DNA from: Patescibacteria group bacterium
GTDB taxonomy: Bacteria > Patescibacteriota > Patescibacteriia > UBA10025 > JAHIVO01
Direction: 5' to 3'
Length of the DNA stretch: 64,000 nucleotides
Assembly: GCA_041650915.1 (NCBI GenBank)
Contig: JBAZKE010000001.1
Location: forward strand, 119,770 to 183,769
Made by a program: the position numbers and the translations under genes. Of the stretch, positions 37,492 to 45,644 are shown piece after piece (within the stretch, counting starts at the first letter, position 1; each line of letters opens with the position of its first letter). The notes beneath the pieces were generated by a model that ran no database searches, was not told where the DNA came from, and worked only from the letters and a program-made list of their open reading frames with translations.

Positions 37492-38714
37492 TTTTTTTTA
37501 AACGCAAACTGCGAATATCGATTGTTATAGCGGTTGTCCTGCTGCTTGTCTGCGTGACTGCCGTGCAGGCCGCTGTGCCTGTACCGGTTTACTTTTTCTA
37601 TAGCGATACCTGCCCGCACTGCCACAAGGAAAGTACGTTCCTGACACAGCTCGAACAGGAGTACGGCAGCAGCATTGACGTGCGCCGGTACGAGGTAACC
37701 GGCGATAGCTCCGCCCAGCAGCTCTTTAGGGCGTTTGCGCAGACGGCGAGCCAGCCTATTACGGGCGTACCCGCGACCTTTATCGGCAACCAATTCCTGG
37801 TCGGGTTCGGATCGGCGGATACGACGGGTGCGGAGATCAGGAACCTCATCGACCGCTGCATTGCTGCGCCATGCCCTGACATCGGCGCACAACTGGCTGG
37901 CGAGGCGGCCGTGCCGGAATCAGCCGATGAGCCGGATTCGATCATTACAGAGTCGGCAGGCAGCGGATTGACCATCGACGTGCCCCTCTTTGGAACGCTC
38001 GATTTATCAGATTCGTCGCTATTAAGCCTGACGGTGATTATCGCGGCGGTTGACGGTTTCAATCCGTGCGCGATGTGGGCCCTCGCGTTCCTTATCCTCG
38101 TACTCCTCGGGATGCAGGACAGGAAGCGGATGTGGATCCTCGGCACCGTGTTCATCCTTACATCGGGAGCGGTGTACTTTCTGTTCATGACGGCATGGCT
38201 CGAGTTTTTTAATGCGGTCGGGCACGTGGTGTGGATCCGGAGCACCATCGGCATCGCCGCGATAGCAATCGGCGCCTACTACTTTCGACGGTTTTTTAAG
38301 ATGAAGCCGGGTGTGTGCGAGGTCACGAATCCGGAGCAGCGGACTAAGATCATGAATCGCATTAAAGCCGTTGTCCAGCGTCACTCGCTCTGGCTCGCGG
38401 TCGCCGGTATCGTAAGCGTCGCGGCGCTCGTGAACCTCGTTGAGTTTTTCTGCTCGTTTGGGCTCCCCGCGGTGTACACTGAGGCGCTCGCGCTCTCGGG
38501 CATTGAGGGTGTCGGTAAATACCTCTACCTGCTGCTGTACGTCTTTATATTCATGCTGGACGATATGGTTATTTTTGCTATCGCGATGGCCACCATGAAA
38601 GCAGTCGGGACGACCGGCAGGTACTCACGGTATGCGACGCTGATCGGCGGCGTGGTGATTGTGCTGCTCGGGCTGTTGCTCGTGTTCAAGCCCGAGTGGA
38701 TCATGTTCGGTTAA
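37488..38714 (+). CDS. Thioredoxin-fold domain fused to cytochrome c-biogenesis CcdA/DsbD-like membrane domain (thiol:disulfide interchange protein)
   Basis: N-terminal signal + CPHC motif (FFYSDTCPHCHKE), then polytopic domain with DGFNPCAMW (CcdA-like NPC Cys) ; ATGA overlap with DUF134 gene. Confidence 0.7.
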   Translation: MIFFKRKLRISIVIAVVLLLVCVTAVQAAVPVPVYFFYSDTCPHCHKESTFLTQLEQEYGSSIDVRRYEVTGDSSAQQLFRAFAQTASQPITGVPATFIGNQFLVGFGSADTTGAEIRNLIDRCIAAPCPDIGAQLAGEAAVPESADEPDSIITESAGSGLTIDVPLFGTLDLSDSSLLSLTVIIAAVDGFNPCAMWALAFLILVLLGMQDRKRMWILGTVFILTSGAVYFLFMTAWLEFFNAVGHVVWIRSTIGIAAIAIGAYYFRRFFKMKPGVCEVTNPEQRTKIMNRIKAVVQRHSLWLAVAGIVSVAALVNLVEFFCSFGLPAVYTEALALSGIEGVGKYLYLLLYVFIFMLDDMVIFAIAMATMKAVGTTGRYSRYATLIGGVVIVLLGLLLVFKPEWIMFG

Positions 38715-38736
38715 TTCATAAACCGTGTCTGCTAAC

Positions 38737-38766
38737 GGCCGATGCACGATCGGCCTTTTTTGTTTT
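38737..38766 (+). terminator. Rho-independent terminator
   Basis: ggccgat-gcacg-atcggcc hairpin followed by TTTTTTGTTTT. Confidence 0.7.
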
Positions 38767-38794
38767 CTTTATAAAAGTACTATAAGATGTATGC

Positions 38795-39484
38795 ATGAAC
38801 GAGGTATCACAAAAAATATCCAGTTTTCTGCACCAGCGGAAGATCAGCTGGAAAACGGACGCGCTCTGGCTTGCGGTGATTGTGCTTATTATCCTCGTCT
38901 TTACGTACTTCGATACGATCATACCGGAACCTGAGGTCATTGAATCGTGGACCAATCAGTTCGGCGCGTGGGGTCCGCTTGTCATAATCGGCATCATTAT
39001 CGCTGAGACAGTATTCGCACCGGTGCCTGGTACGTTTATCCCGATCGCCATCGGCGCGCTCTATGGCGTATGGCCGGGCGTGCTGATCGGGTGGGTGGGA
39101 AATGTTATCGGCTCGGTCATCGCCTTCTGGATAGCGCGGAAGCTTGGGCGCCCGGTGGTCCGGAGGATCATTTCCGAAGAAAAGCTGCAGAAGTACGACC
39201 ACTACCTGCACCGCCGCAAGATGATGATCTGGGTCGCGTACTTCATTCCGCTCTTGCCGCTTGATGTTATCAGTTTCGTGGTCGGCCTGTCGCAGATCAG
39301 GTTCAGCTTCTTTTTCAAGATTATCGCAATCGGATTCGCGGGCAACCAGCTCTTGCTGACCCTGTTCGGGGAGCGCCTCGTCGGGGCTGCTGGCTGGGAA
39401 AAGGCACTGTGGATAGCGCTGACGGTCGTGTTCCTCGCAGCGGCGATGTTGTTCGAGCGCTCGTCGGAGCGGCAAAAAAAATAA
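38795..39484 (+). CDS. DedA/TVP38/TMEM64-family membrane protein
   Basis: VTP38/DedA core (GPLVIIGIIIAETVFAPVPGTFIPIAIGALYG...RKLGRPVV) with flanking TM helices. Confidence 0.75.
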   Translation: MNEVSQKISSFLHQRKISWKTDALWLAVIVLIILVFTYFDTIIPEPEVIESWTNQFGAWGPLVIIGIIIAETVFAPVPGTFIPIAIGALYGVWPGVLIGWVGNVIGSVIAFWIARKLGRPVVRRIISEEKLQKYDHYLHRRKMMIWVAYFIPLLPLDVISFVVGLSQIRFSFFFKIIAIGFAGNQLLLTLFGERLVGAAGWEKALWIALTVVFLAAAMLFERSSERQKK

Positions 39485-39496
39485 TCCCACCCGAAG

Positions 39497-41038
39497 ATGG
39501 AGAAAAAAAGCATTGCTACCGTTTTGCTCGTCGCGATCCTCGTACTCGGAGGCATACTGCGCTTTGTGACGCTGGACCGCGAACTCATTTTCGATGACGT
39601 CTTCAGCATCCACTACGCCTCCCTCCCCGCCGGTGATATCATGCACTACTCCGCGAGCGAGGTATCCGAGGTGCCGCTCTATTACCTCATGCTCCACGGC
39701 TGGATAGGAATGTTCGGATCCGGAGCGGTTGCAGCCAAGATGTTCTCACTGCTCATGAGCCTCGGCTCAATACTCGCGATGTACTTTTTGGGCAGGCTGC
39801 TGTTCAGCAAAACGGTTGGATTGGTAGCGAGCTTGCTCCTGAGCGTGAGTTCGATTGATATCCTGCTGTCCGGGGATGTCCGTGCATACACGCTGCTCAT
39901 ATTCTTGACGATCGCCTGTGTGTACCATTTTTGGCAGTACGTACGGAGCAGGAAGCTATCGGTACTCGTGTTGTTTTCAGCGTGCTCGGTTCTGGCGGTC
40001 TATACGCACTACCAAGCGTGGCTTGTCGTGCTGGCGCTTAATCTATTTATTTTCGTTTTTTATAAGCACCATAGCATCCCAGTCAGGCAGTGGCTGCTCG
40101 CCCAGGTAGCAGTCGTACTCTCGTTCGTGCCGTGGATCCTGTACAGCGTCATCCCAAACTTGCGGGATGGCATCTTCGGTACGAGTTGGACCAACCTCAT
40201 ACAGCAGCAGTATAGCAGGCTGATGGTATTCGACATGCCGCTCAACTTCATGCTCATGCCGCGCTTCACCGATAATGCCGCGTTTCAGCTCGGCATCCTG
40301 TGGTATACGCTTTTTTTCATCGCCATTGTTTTTGCCGCCGTCTCGTTCCGCCGCGGGCATTTTACGATTGACAAACAGCACGTGCCGGAGCGGATTCTGC
40401 TGCTCGTGCTCTTGCTGATCCCACTGTGCGCATTCTTCGTTTTTGTAGTTCCCGTGCCGAAATACTACGTCGTAGCAGCGATACCGCTCTATGTGATCGC
40501 TGCGTACGGCGCCTCGTCGGCGGTAAAAAAACCTGCGGTACTGTTTGGGATCGGCGCCACAGCGCTCGGGAGTACGTTGCTCTTTATGCCCCAGCTCATA
40601 CAGCTCGCCGCAGCTACGGGCGCCCAGGAGCAGGCAATCGCGTACATCCAGTCGCAGGAACAGGACGAGGATGTCATCCTCGTGCACCACTACCGCGCGC
40701 GGCTCTTCTTTGACCAGCACTACACCGGCACCGCGCGGGTAGCGGGCATTTACCCGAAAGACGATTTTACCGATCTCGACTATGAGATCGCGCGCTTCAA
40801 TTCGCTGCAGGAGCCGGTCATCACCCGGGATACTGTCGATGTATTGCAGAATATGATTTGCAGCAGCAACAGGATTTGGCTATACGCGAGCGAGCTGACT
40901 GCCGCTGAGAAAGAGAGCGGATTGCGGATCAGGGAGTGGCTTGATGATAACGGATGGAGAGCCGTGGAGCCGGAGAACAGCCCGTATGATTTCATTACGC
41001 TGTATGAGAGGGGCAGGCAGGTTGACGTAATCCGGTAG
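39497..41038 (+). CDS. Glycosyltransferase family 39/83-like (ArnT/PMT_2-like) polytopic membrane protein
   Basis: ~11 TM helices, early loop with DDVFS acidic motif, soluble C-terminal domain ~180 aa; RBS-less 12-nt gap after DedA gene. Confidence 0.6.
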   Translation: MEKKSIATVLLVAILVLGGILRFVTLDRELIFDDVFSIHYASLPAGDIMHYSASEVSEVPLYYLMLHGWIGMFGSGAVAAKMFSLLMSLGSILAMYFLGRLLFSKTVGLVASLLLSVSSIDILLSGDVRAYTLLIFLTIACVYHFWQYVRSRKLSVLVLFSACSVLAVYTHYQAWLVVLALNLFIFVFYKHHSIPVRQWLLAQVAVVLSFVPWILYSVIPNLRDGIFGTSWTNLIQQQYSRLMVFDMPLNFMLMPRFTDNAAFQLGILWYTLFFIAIVFAAVSFRRGHFTIDKQHVPERILLLVLLLIPLCAFFVFVVPVPKYYVVAAIPLYVIAAYGASSAVKKPAVLFGIGATALGSTLLFMPQLIQLAAATGAQEQAIAYIQSQEQDEDVILVHHYRARLFFDQHYTGTARVAGIYPKDDFTDLDYEIARFNSLQEPVITRDTVDVLQNMICSSNRIWLYASELTAAEKESGLRIREWLDDNGWRAVEPENSPYDFITLYERGRQVDVIR

Positions 41039-41146
41039 GTGCGCTATGCTCTATGCGCTATGGGATACGGCACAGCACAAACCAATAACAATAATAACCG
41101 CTTCGCCTCGGCGTGATTTTCATTGTGTAATTCAATTGAAGGAAAT

Positions 41147-41171
41147 CCCGCCGATGAGCGGGTCTTTTTTT
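41147..41171 (+). terminator. Rho-independent terminator immediately upstream of tRNA-Asn copy 2
   Basis: cccgc-cgatga-gcggg hairpin followed by TCTTTTTTT. Confidence 0.7.
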
Positions 41172-41173
41172 AT

Positions 41174-41249
41174 TCCGGGGTAGTTGAGTTGGTACAACGC
41201 CGCACTGTTAATGCGGATATCGCTGGTTCGAATCCAGCCCCCGGAGCCA
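41174..41249 (+). tRNA. tRNA-Asn (anticodon GTT), copy 2, CCA encoded
   Basis: Acceptor TCCGGGG/CCCCGGA, anticodon stem CCGCA/TGCGG loop CTGTTAA, T-arm GCTGG-TTCGAAT-CCAGC, 3' GCCA; sequence clearly different from copy 1. Confidence 0.85.
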
Positions 41250-41280
41250 GATCGGCTTGGCAGCTTACGGCGCATCTTAG

Positions 41281-41580
41281 TATGGCATCTGGGGATTTAT
41301 TGAGGATTTTGCCCTAAAACTCGGCAAGCAGGGGGTGCGGGTTAACGCCATCGCCCCGGGCGGCGTGGTCACTGAAGGTGTGGCTAAGATGGGCGAAGCG
41401 GCAGCTACTACTGGTATTGACATGAAGGAGATGACCAAGCAATTCATGGCTTAGATACTGCTCGGACGCATGGGCGAACCTGATGGGATTGGCGCGGCAG
41501 TATTATTGCTTGCAAGCGATGCTTCCGCGTACATGACCGGTTCAATGATTGTCGTTGACGGCGGAGCACTGTTGGCATAA
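41281..41580 (+). pseudogene. Short-chain dehydrogenase/reductase (SDR) C-terminal fragment with in-frame stop
   Basis: Frame translates ...ALKLGKQGVRVNAIAPGGVVTEG...[48 protein letters not shown]: typical SDR C-terminus lacking N-terminal Rossmann part and interrupted by TAG at 41452. Confidence 0.65.
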
Positions 41581-41730
41581 GAGGAAAGAATAGAGGATTA
41601 CTCATAGTCCATTGGACTGAAACCACAACCCTCGCATCATGCCATCCGACAGGCGCGGGTGTATTAATGGCGAGCAAAACCGCCCGTCGGAATTTCATTC
41701 AGTTTATAGACAACCTTTCATTCTGTCCGC

Positions 41731-41771
41731 TTGACAGTATACAATATCGTATGATATCATGATGATATCAT
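41731..41771 (+). promoter_or_regulatory. Promoter (TTGACA ... TATCAT) with tandem 10-bp palindromes ATGATATCAT-G-ATGATATCAT
   Basis: TTGACA 41731-41736, -10-like TATCAT 41755-41760; palindromes at 41751-41760 and 41762-41771, 11-bp spacing, just upstream of SPFH ATG 41793. Confidence 0.55.
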
Positions 41772-41792
41772 TAACATTAACTCACAAATCCT

Positions 41793-42662
41793 ATGATTTC
41801 CGAACGTACAGTCCTGCATCAGAAAGGTATTCCCGTGGTCGTTATTCTGCTTGTATTGCTTATCGCTTGGGTAGCGTTATCTATCTGGGCTGGCTCCGAA
41901 GAGAACGAGATCGGCGTCACCGTTGCGGTTTTCCTGTTGACCGTGACGATATTTTGCTGCCGTGGACTCATCATCGTGAACCCGAACCAGGCTACGGTCG
42001 TGCAGCTGTTTGGGAAGTACTCAGGCTCGGTCAAACAGGCCGGCTTTTGGTGGGTCAACCCGTTCACGACCAGAAAAACGGTTTCCTTGCGGATCCACAA
42101 CTTCGAGACCGGCAAGCTCAAAGTCAATGACCAGGATGGCAATCCGATAGAAATTGCCGCCGTCGTGGTATGGAATGTCGTCGATACGGCTGAAGCCGCG
42201 TTCAACGTGGAAGACTACAAGGATTTTGTTCACGTGCAGAGTGAGGCCGCAGTTCGCAACTTGGCAACCTCATTCCCCTACGATGCGCACGAAGAGGGAA
42301 AGCAGTCTTTGCGCGGCAATACCAATGAGATAGCGGTCGAGCTGCAGAAAGAAATCCAGGACCGCCTCGCCAAGGCCGGAATCACGGTCATTGAGGCGCG
42401 CATCAGCCACCTGGCGTACGCGCCGGAAATTGCCAGTGCCATGCTCCGGCGGCAGCAGGCGAACGCCATTATCGCCGCGCGCCAGCGCATTGTCGAGGGT
42501 GCGGTCAGCATGGTCCAGATGGCGCTGACGCAACTGGAGGAAAGCCATACGGTGAAGCTCGATGAGGAACGGAAAGCTGCAATGGTATCAAATTTACTGG
42601 TGGTTTTAACCAGTGATCGCGATGCGCAGCCGGTTGTGAACACCGGTACGCTCTATCAATAA
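41793..42662 (+). CDS. SPFH/band-7 (stomatin/prohibitin-like) domain membrane protein
   Basis: N-terminal TM then SPFH core (LIIVNPNQATVVQLFGKYSG...FETGKLKVNDQDGNPIEIAAVVVWNVVD) and C-terminal coiled coil. Confidence 0.75.
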   Translation: MISERTVLHQKGIPVVVILLVLLIAWVALSIWAGSEENEIGVTVAVFLLTVTIFCCRGLIIVNPNQATVVQLFGKYSGSVKQAGFWWVNPFTTRKTVSLRIHNFETGKLKVNDQDGNPIEIAAVVVWNVVDTAEAAFNVEDYKDFVHVQSEAAVRNLATSFPYDAHEEGKQSLRGNTNEIAVELQKEIQDRLAKAGITVIEARISHLAYAPEIASAMLRRQQANAIIAARQRIVEGAVSMVQMALTQLEESHTVKLDEERKAAMVSNLLVVLTSDRDAQPVVNTGTLYQ

Positions 42663-42841
42663 TGGCGAACGCGAACGGGCAAAAGCGGTTTTTACTGCGC
42701 GTAGAGTCCGGTTTGTACGATGCGCTCCAGCGGCTGGCGCGGGACGAATACCGGAGCGTCAATGGGTTGATCGAGTGGATGCTTGCTGACGCGCTGCGCA
42801 AGCGGGGCCGGCTCCCGCAGAGCCGTGTGCCGAAGGGATAG
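42662..42841 (+). CDS. Small ribbon-helix-helix (CopG/Arc-like) putative DNA-binding protein, 59 aa
   Basis: MANANGQKRFLLRVESGLYDALQRLARDEYRSVNGLIEWMLADAL fits RHH beta-strand+two-helix pattern; TAATG overlap with SPFH stop; below 60-aa ORF-track cutoff. Confidence 0.45.
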   Translation: MANANGQKRFLLRVESGLYDALQRLARDEYRSVNGLIEWMLADALRKRGRLPQSRVPKG

Positions 42842-43116
42842 TGCCTGAGGCATGAATTCTGTTTGAGGAGCGCCGCTGCGAAGTTTGCCATTGGCAGCGG
42901 CGTGCCGCTGGCATCAGCGGGCAATATTAGAAAAAACGGTTACCATCGGGCAACCGTTTTTCGTTGAAAGAGCATTGATGCGCAAGATTGGATGAGCGCC
43001 TAACAGGACGTTGTTCCGGCGCTCGGCGGCAGGGCCATCTGGTTCAGGCTCCTGATTTCCCGCAGGACCAACAGCGGGCCGCGGCCATTTTCAGCATTCA
43101 TGGCAAACCTCTTCAC

Positions 43117-43398
43117 TCAATTCCAGACCTGCCCAACGCGGGCGCGCTGATCAGGGTCCAGTTCCCGAGCTGCGAGCTCCTTGAGCGCGAATCGGTACAG
43201 TTCTGGCCGCAGGGTTGGGAAATGGTGTGGGCTGGCCAATGTGATCAGCTGGCCGAATGTCAGAGCACTCACGGCTTCCTGTACTGCGGTTCCTGATTCA
43301 AGCGCATTCATGGAGTTTTCCCAGCCTGCGTAGACTTCCATGAATTTTTCCGGCAATCCATGGGGAAAGCTGGAGCCCAGTTGCAACTGCTTGTCCAT
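43117..43398 (-). CDS. Hypothetical protein, 93 aa
   Basis: Strong AGGAGG RBS 7 nt upstream of ATG (minus strand, 43398); no recognisable domain. Confidence 0.55.
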   Translation of the reverse strand: MDKQLQLGSSFPHGLPEKFMEVYAGWENSMNALESGTAVQEAVSALTFGQLITLASPHHFPTLRPELYRFALKELAARELDPDQRARVGQVWN

Positions 43399-43615
43399 GT
43401 GAGGACCTCCTTCTGTTTTTGGTGTTGAAAAAAGAACATAAAAAAACCGGCCTCGTTGGCCGGAATTCTGGAACGGTAGCTCTATTCGTTAAAAAATATT
43501 ATGCAGCACCAAGTGGCCAAGAGGATAAGGATTCCTTGTGGCGTGGCGGGATGTGGCTATAGAGAGTTGCGTGTTGCATACGAAGGCATATTATCATAAT
43601 GTATTGTCATGTCAA
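43399..43615 (-). promoter_or_regulatory. Putative cis-regulatory leader (attenuator/riboswitch-like): promoter, ~120-nt leader, intrinsic terminator, then RBS of 43117-43398
   Basis: Minus-strand promoter TTGACA (plus 43610-43615) -16 nt- TAATAT (plus 43588-43593); terminator hairpin ccggcc-aacga-ggccgg + U7 (plus 43440-43463); leader segment cuuggcc can pair with terminator 5' arm ggccaa (antiterminator). Confidence 0.4.
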
Positions 43616-43695
43616 TGGGTGCGCGCCTGAGGAACAATCCACGCGGAGCATAGCACCCGTGACCTCCTTTTTCCTATACGCACAGTGGCCTGCGG

Positions 43696-43704
43696 TGGTA
43701 TAAT
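43696..43704 (+). promoter_or_regulatory. Extended -10 promoter (TGgTATAAT) for 43739-44137 gene
   Basis: TGNTATAAT at 43696-43704, 35 nt upstream of ATG 43739. Confidence 0.45.
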
Positions 43705-43738
43705 AACCCTATCTTATTCATCATTATCAAATCATAGT

Positions 43739-44137
43739 ATGGCAGACCAAGAAAAAGAGAAAGGAAGTTGCCCTGAGTGCGGGTATCCTGCCGAAGCAGG
43801 GCATAGTCCGGCTTGCCCGGCAGGGGCGGGAAAAAGTGAAAATCAAGTGCCGGAAGCTGGCGAAAAAGAGGCCGATTCTCAGGAGCAGTATGCTGATTTT
43901 AGTGAAGTCGCCGACCTGTTTGCTGCAATGAGTACAGGCGATACACAGCGCGTGACTCTAGCGAATGGGCGTGAAGTGTTATTGGTTGTCGAAAAAAAAC
44001 TCGTCAGTATCGTTGAGGAAGTAGGCGGTGAAAAAATAGTGAGCCGTTTTTATCCTAATGGTACGGAGTTTGACCGGAAGTCCTTTCAGACGAGTGACGA
44101 GCTCCGGTGGGCACGGTTGAAACGGCGGGAGCGCTAG
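43739..44137 (+). CDS. Hypothetical protein with N-terminal zinc-ribbon-like CPECG...ACP motif
   Basis: MADQEKEKGSCPECGYPAEAGHSPACPAG then acidic linker and small C-terminal domain; start at ATG 43739 (upstream part of ORF is GTG-initiated and unlikely). Confidence 0.5.
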   Translation: MADQEKEKGSCPECGYPAEAGHSPACPAGAGKSENQVPEAGEKEADSQEQYADFSEVADLFAAMSTGDTQRVTLANGREVLLVVEKKLVSIVEEVGGEKIVSRFYPNGTEFDRKSFQTSDELRWARLKRRER

Positions 44138-44245
44138 GTTATTTTCACTCGCAGTTGGGATAGTCTTGCTGCCTGGGCGTTAGGCAAAGGTATCCCGTGA
44201 GCCGGCACTCTTTTTTATTAGCGGCAGATGCGGTAGAATAGGGGC

Positions 44246-45028
44246 ATGCCTGAGACGGGTATCCGTATAATGAGCGCCCAAAATCCGAGCGTCAAAGCCC
44301 TCAAGAAGCTCCAGCATAAGAAGTACCGTGACGAGCGAGGCCTTTTTGTCATTGAGAATCCACTGACGGTGAGGGATGGCATCGCGCGCGGTGCAGTGGC
44401 CGAGGAGCTGTACCTCACCCCGGCATTCGAAGAGCGGTACGGGGAAGCGTATCGTAAAATCATATCGGCCGTTCCCGCGGAGAAGGTGTACCGGGTCACG
44501 GATGCCGTGCTGGCATCGTGCGTTTCTCTCGAGCAACCGCAGGGCATCGCGGCGGTGTATGCGAAGCCGGCTGAACGCGTTGATACGGAGCGGTCAGTCG
44601 TTTTTTTAAATGGAATTGCAGATCCGGGCAACGTCGGCGCGATCGTGCGATCGTGCGCTGCGTTTGGGATCGCTTCAGTCGTTGGCGACCAGGAGAGCGC
44701 GGATTTTTTCAATCCGAAGGCCGTCAGCGCCGCGAAGGAGTCGATTTTTTCCGTCGGGCTGTCGCGGAGCAGTGCTGGTTTTCTACGGCGAATACAGAAA
44801 AATATGCCCGTGTACGGCCTCGAAGCACACGGCGATTCTTTCCTTGCTGGCGTGCCGTTGAAGCACCCGCTCTGCCTCGTCTTCGGGAGCGAGGCGCACG
44901 GGCTGGGCGACGACGTACGTTCATACGTCGATAAAACCGTAACGATCCCGATTGATACGTCCCGGGTCGAGTCGCTCAACGTTGCAGCTGCCGCGGCAAT
45001 TGTACTGCAACTCATGCGCCCATCTTAA
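44246..45028 (+). CDS. TrmH/SpoU-family RNA 2'-O-methyltransferase
   Basis: SpoU_sub_bind N-terminus and SPOUT motifs (VFLNGIADPGNVGAIVRSCAAFG, LVFGSEAHGL, IPIDTSRVESLNVAAAAAIVL); true start may be MSAQNP at 44270. Confidence 0.8.
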   Translation: MPETGIRIMSAQNPSVKALKKLQHKKYRDERGLFVIENPLTVRDGIARGAVAEELYLTPAFEERYGEAYRKIISAVPAEKVYRVTDAVLASCVSLEQPQGIAAVYAKPAERVDTERSVVFLNGIADPGNVGAIVRSCAAFGIASVVGDQESADFFNPKAVSAAKESIFSVGLSRSSAGFLRRIQKNMPVYGLEAHGDSFLAGVPLKHPLCLVFGSEAHGLGDDVRSYVDKTVTIPIDTSRVESLNVAAAAAIVLQLMRPS

Positions 45029-45039
45029 CCGTAGCAGCT

Positions 45040-45588
45040 ATGTTCAACGAACTTCTCGACATTGTCGATGATCGCGGGCAGCTTACCGGCGAACGGAAAG
45101 CCCGGTCGGACGTGCACGCGCAGGGGCTGTGGCACCGGGTGGTCCACGCGTACCTGTACCGTGCCCGCGGCGGCACAATCGAGCTGCTCGTCCACAAGCG
45201 GTTTGCCGGGGCCGACTCTGATCCGAATGCGTGGGATACCCGTTTCGGCGGGCACTGCATCGCTGGCCAGGACTACGATGAAACGGTTTTGGAGGAACTG
45301 AAAGAGGAGGCCGGCATCGAGGTACCGCTTGCGAAGCTCACCCGGGGCCCGGTACTGAAGCGGCACAAGGGCAATAATAAAGAGTTTACCGCCACCTACT
45401 TTTTAGAATATGCTGGTGGTGCGGCTGCGCTTTCGTTTCCAGACGGGGAAGTCACAGACGCCCGGTGGATGCCGATTGAGGAGATTGAGCGCGCGCTCAA
45501 GACAGAACCAGCTGGGTGGGCGCCTCGCGCAACCGGATTCCATGAGATCAAGGATTTTTTGCGGCGCGCCGCGAGCAAATCGGCATAG
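45040..45588 (+). CDS. NUDIX hydrolase
   Basis: Nudix box GGHCIAGQDYDETVLEELKEEAGIE. Confidence 0.75.
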   Translation: MFNELLDIVDDRGQLTGERKARSDVHAQGLWHRVVHAYLYRARGGTIELLVHKRFAGADSDPNAWDTRFGGHCIAGQDYDETVLEELKEEAGIEVPLAKLTRGPVLKRHKGNNKEFTATYFLEYAGGAAALSFPDGEVTDARWMPIEEIERALKTEPAGWAPRATGFHEIKDFLRRAASKSA

Positions 45589-45644
45589 TCTTGGAGGATT
45601 CGTATGCACATGCCAATAATTACTAAGCTGTAACCATAATACGT

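Noticed and set aside
41123-41317. 64-aa ORF overlapping tRNA-Asn copy 2
   Set aside because: It reads through the tRNA and terminator, so it is spurious.
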